Positions 62,267-64,000 of a DNA stretch of 64,000 nucleotides are shown here, one piece after another. The DNA lies in the NCBI GenBank assembly GCA_965199955.1, contig CBDATQ010000002.1, positions 32,001 to 96,000 on the forward strand. Reading direction: 5' to 3'. Source of the DNA: Spirochaetia bacterium. Lineage in GTDB: Bacteria; Spirochaetota; Spirochaetia; SZUA-6; Bin103. The stretch's first letter is position 1; each line of letters starts with the position of its first letter. Below the pieces are notes generated by a model, which saw only the letters and a list, made by a program, of their open reading frames with translations, made no database searches and was not told where the DNA came from. The position numbers and the translations under genes were made by a program.

Positions 62267-64000
62267 TCAGGGCGTGGCCTGACTGCCGTTTACCTTGCGG
62301 GCGGGGTCGGCGGCCACCGCGCCGTGGTTCAGGAGGGCGTCGGTCAAGCCGTTCGCGGCCGTGATGGCGCCGCCGTCAAGAGCCAACGCGTTGGCCGGGA
62401 TGTCGATCCCGTCCTCATCGCGGTCCGTCGCCTGCACCACGTAGTCGAAGGACAACACGTCTTCGTCGACAATCGTACCCCCGTCCGGCGCGACCATGGT
62501 GCTATGGCCGGAAAAGGTCGCCTGCCTGGTCTGGCTCCCGATGGCCAGGGCGACCCGTGGCCTGCCGGTCACCATGACGGCCCGGTCGAACTCGACCCAC
62601 ACGCGGACACTTTCACCGCGAACATAGGTGTCGCCGCTCGGGGGCGGTACATGATTGTCGAGGTAGATGGCCCGGACCGCGGGAGGGGTGACCAGGTTGC
62701 CGTTCACTTTGAGGTCAGCGTCGTCGGCCACCGCATCGTGCGTCAGATCGGCTTCGGCCGTGCCGCCGGCGGCCATGATGGTTCCGCCGTTGAGCGTCAG
62801 AGCGTTGGCGGGGATGCTGATCCCGTCTTCATCGCGGTCCGCCTCCTGCACCGCGTAACTGAAGCGCGCATGCCGGTCATCCCACGAATGGGAGTAGGCG
62901 GCCTGCCGCGTGTGCGTCCCGATCGTCAGCGCCACCTGGGGCATGCCGGTCACCGTCACGGCTTTGCCGAACACGACCACCAATTCGATCGTCTCCCCCA
63001 GCTCGTAGGTGTCGCCTTTGGCTGGTGCGGAGACGGAGTAGATGTCCTCCCGGCGGCGTGGTCAGGTTGCCATTCACCTTGCCGCTGCGCTCGGCGGCAA
63101 CCGCCCCGTGGGTCAGGTAAGCGTCGGTCGTGCCGTCGGTGGCCGTGATGGTGCCGCCGTTGAGCGCCAGAGCGTTGGCCGCGATGCTGATGCCGTCCTC
63201 GTCACGGTCCCCTTCCTGCACGGTGTACTCGAAGATCAGAGCTGGGGAGCTGCCCCATTCGCCAGAGATCGTGTGCGCGTGGCGGATCTCGCTGCCGATG
63301 GTGAGCGCCACCCGGGGGCTGCCGGTCACCGTCACCTCCTTGTCGAACTCGACCAGCACCTCAACCGTCTCGCCCCGTTCATAGGTATCGCCCCTTGCCG
63401 GCGAGGAGATGAAGTGGACATCTATCGCTACCGGTGGCGTGATCAGGTTCGCGTCCACCTTGGGGCCGCGTTCGGCGGCTACCGCAGGGTGCGTCAGATC
63501 GGCGTCGGTGGTGCCGTCCGCGGCCGTGATGGATCCGCCGATGAGGGACAACGCGTTGGCGGGGATGCCGATCCCGTCCTCATCGCGATCGCCCTCCTGC
63601 ACGGTGTATTGGAAGTAGAGAGAGGAGCTGCCCCATCCGAACCAGGTCGCATGCCGTGTCTCGCTCCCGATGGTCAGCGCCACCTGGGGGTTGCCGGTTG
63701 CCTTTACGGCTCCGTCGAAATGGACAACCACCTCGACCGTCTCCCCAAGTTCGTAGGTGTCGCCCCTGGATGGCGAGGAATCGAAGGAGATATCCGTCAC
63801 CCGCGGTGGGTCGACATCGCCGCTGCCGTCCACTTTCCGGTCACGGTCGGGGGCAATCGCCGGGTGCGCGAGATCGGCGTTCGTAACGCCGTCCGCGGCC
63901 GTGATGGCGCCGCCGTTGAGAGCCAGTGCGTTGGCCGCGATGCTGATGCCGTCCTCATCACGGTCTCCCTCCTGCACGACGTAGCTGAAGTCCGCATGGC
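62267..64000 (-). pseudogene. Tandem Ig-like repeat surface protein (5' partial), frameshifted near 63050
   Basis: Four complete repeats and one partial repeat of about 120-135 aa (GDTYxxGETVEVxVxF..VTGxPxVALTIG..FxYxVQExDRDEDGIxIxANALxLNGGxI). The frame changes between NLTTPP and EDIYSVSAPAKGDTY, and is open at the window edge. Confidence 0.8.

Noticed and set aside
1..64000. Prophage, integron, IS or anti-phage defence island
   Set aside because: No integrase, transposase, structural or defence genes are recognisable, and there are no attC-like repeated sites despite the cassette-like gene layout.

Overview
High-GC, very densely packed bacterial window. It is dominated by nutrient uptake and catabolism genes. 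There are six ABC importer clusters (two peptide/family-5 type, one BMP nucleoside type, one polyamine/PotABCD type, two carbohydrate types), three of which have no ATPase gene. Enzymes include a GH38 alpha-mannosidase (cut by the left edge), two aryl-sulfate sulfotransferase-like proteins, a sulfatase, six intact Asp-box (BNR) sialidase-like proteins plus one decayed copy, two PhyH-type Fe/2OG dioxygenases and several oxidoreductases and hydrolases. A frameshifted tandem-repeat surface protein is cut by the right edge. I saw no rRNA, tRNA, CRISPR array, integrase or transposase. Four patterns stand out. (1) A cluster of cytoplasmic, non-canonical sialidase-like propellers is interleaved with dioxygenases beside a sugar importer. 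(2) Two sulfotransferase paralogs with altered active-site motifs bracket a polyamine-type importer. (3) About eleven stand-alone or operon-leading genes have a TANNNT -10 box only 5-9 nt before the ATG and no usable Shine-Dalgarno, suggesting leaderless mRNAs. (4) Five toxin-antitoxin loci lack an intact toxin, amid many other short gene remnants. The gene repertoire resembles high-GC marine-invertebrate (sponge-type) symbionts, possibly Spirochaetia; this is inference only. All family calls come from recognising motifs by eye, and no database search was run.
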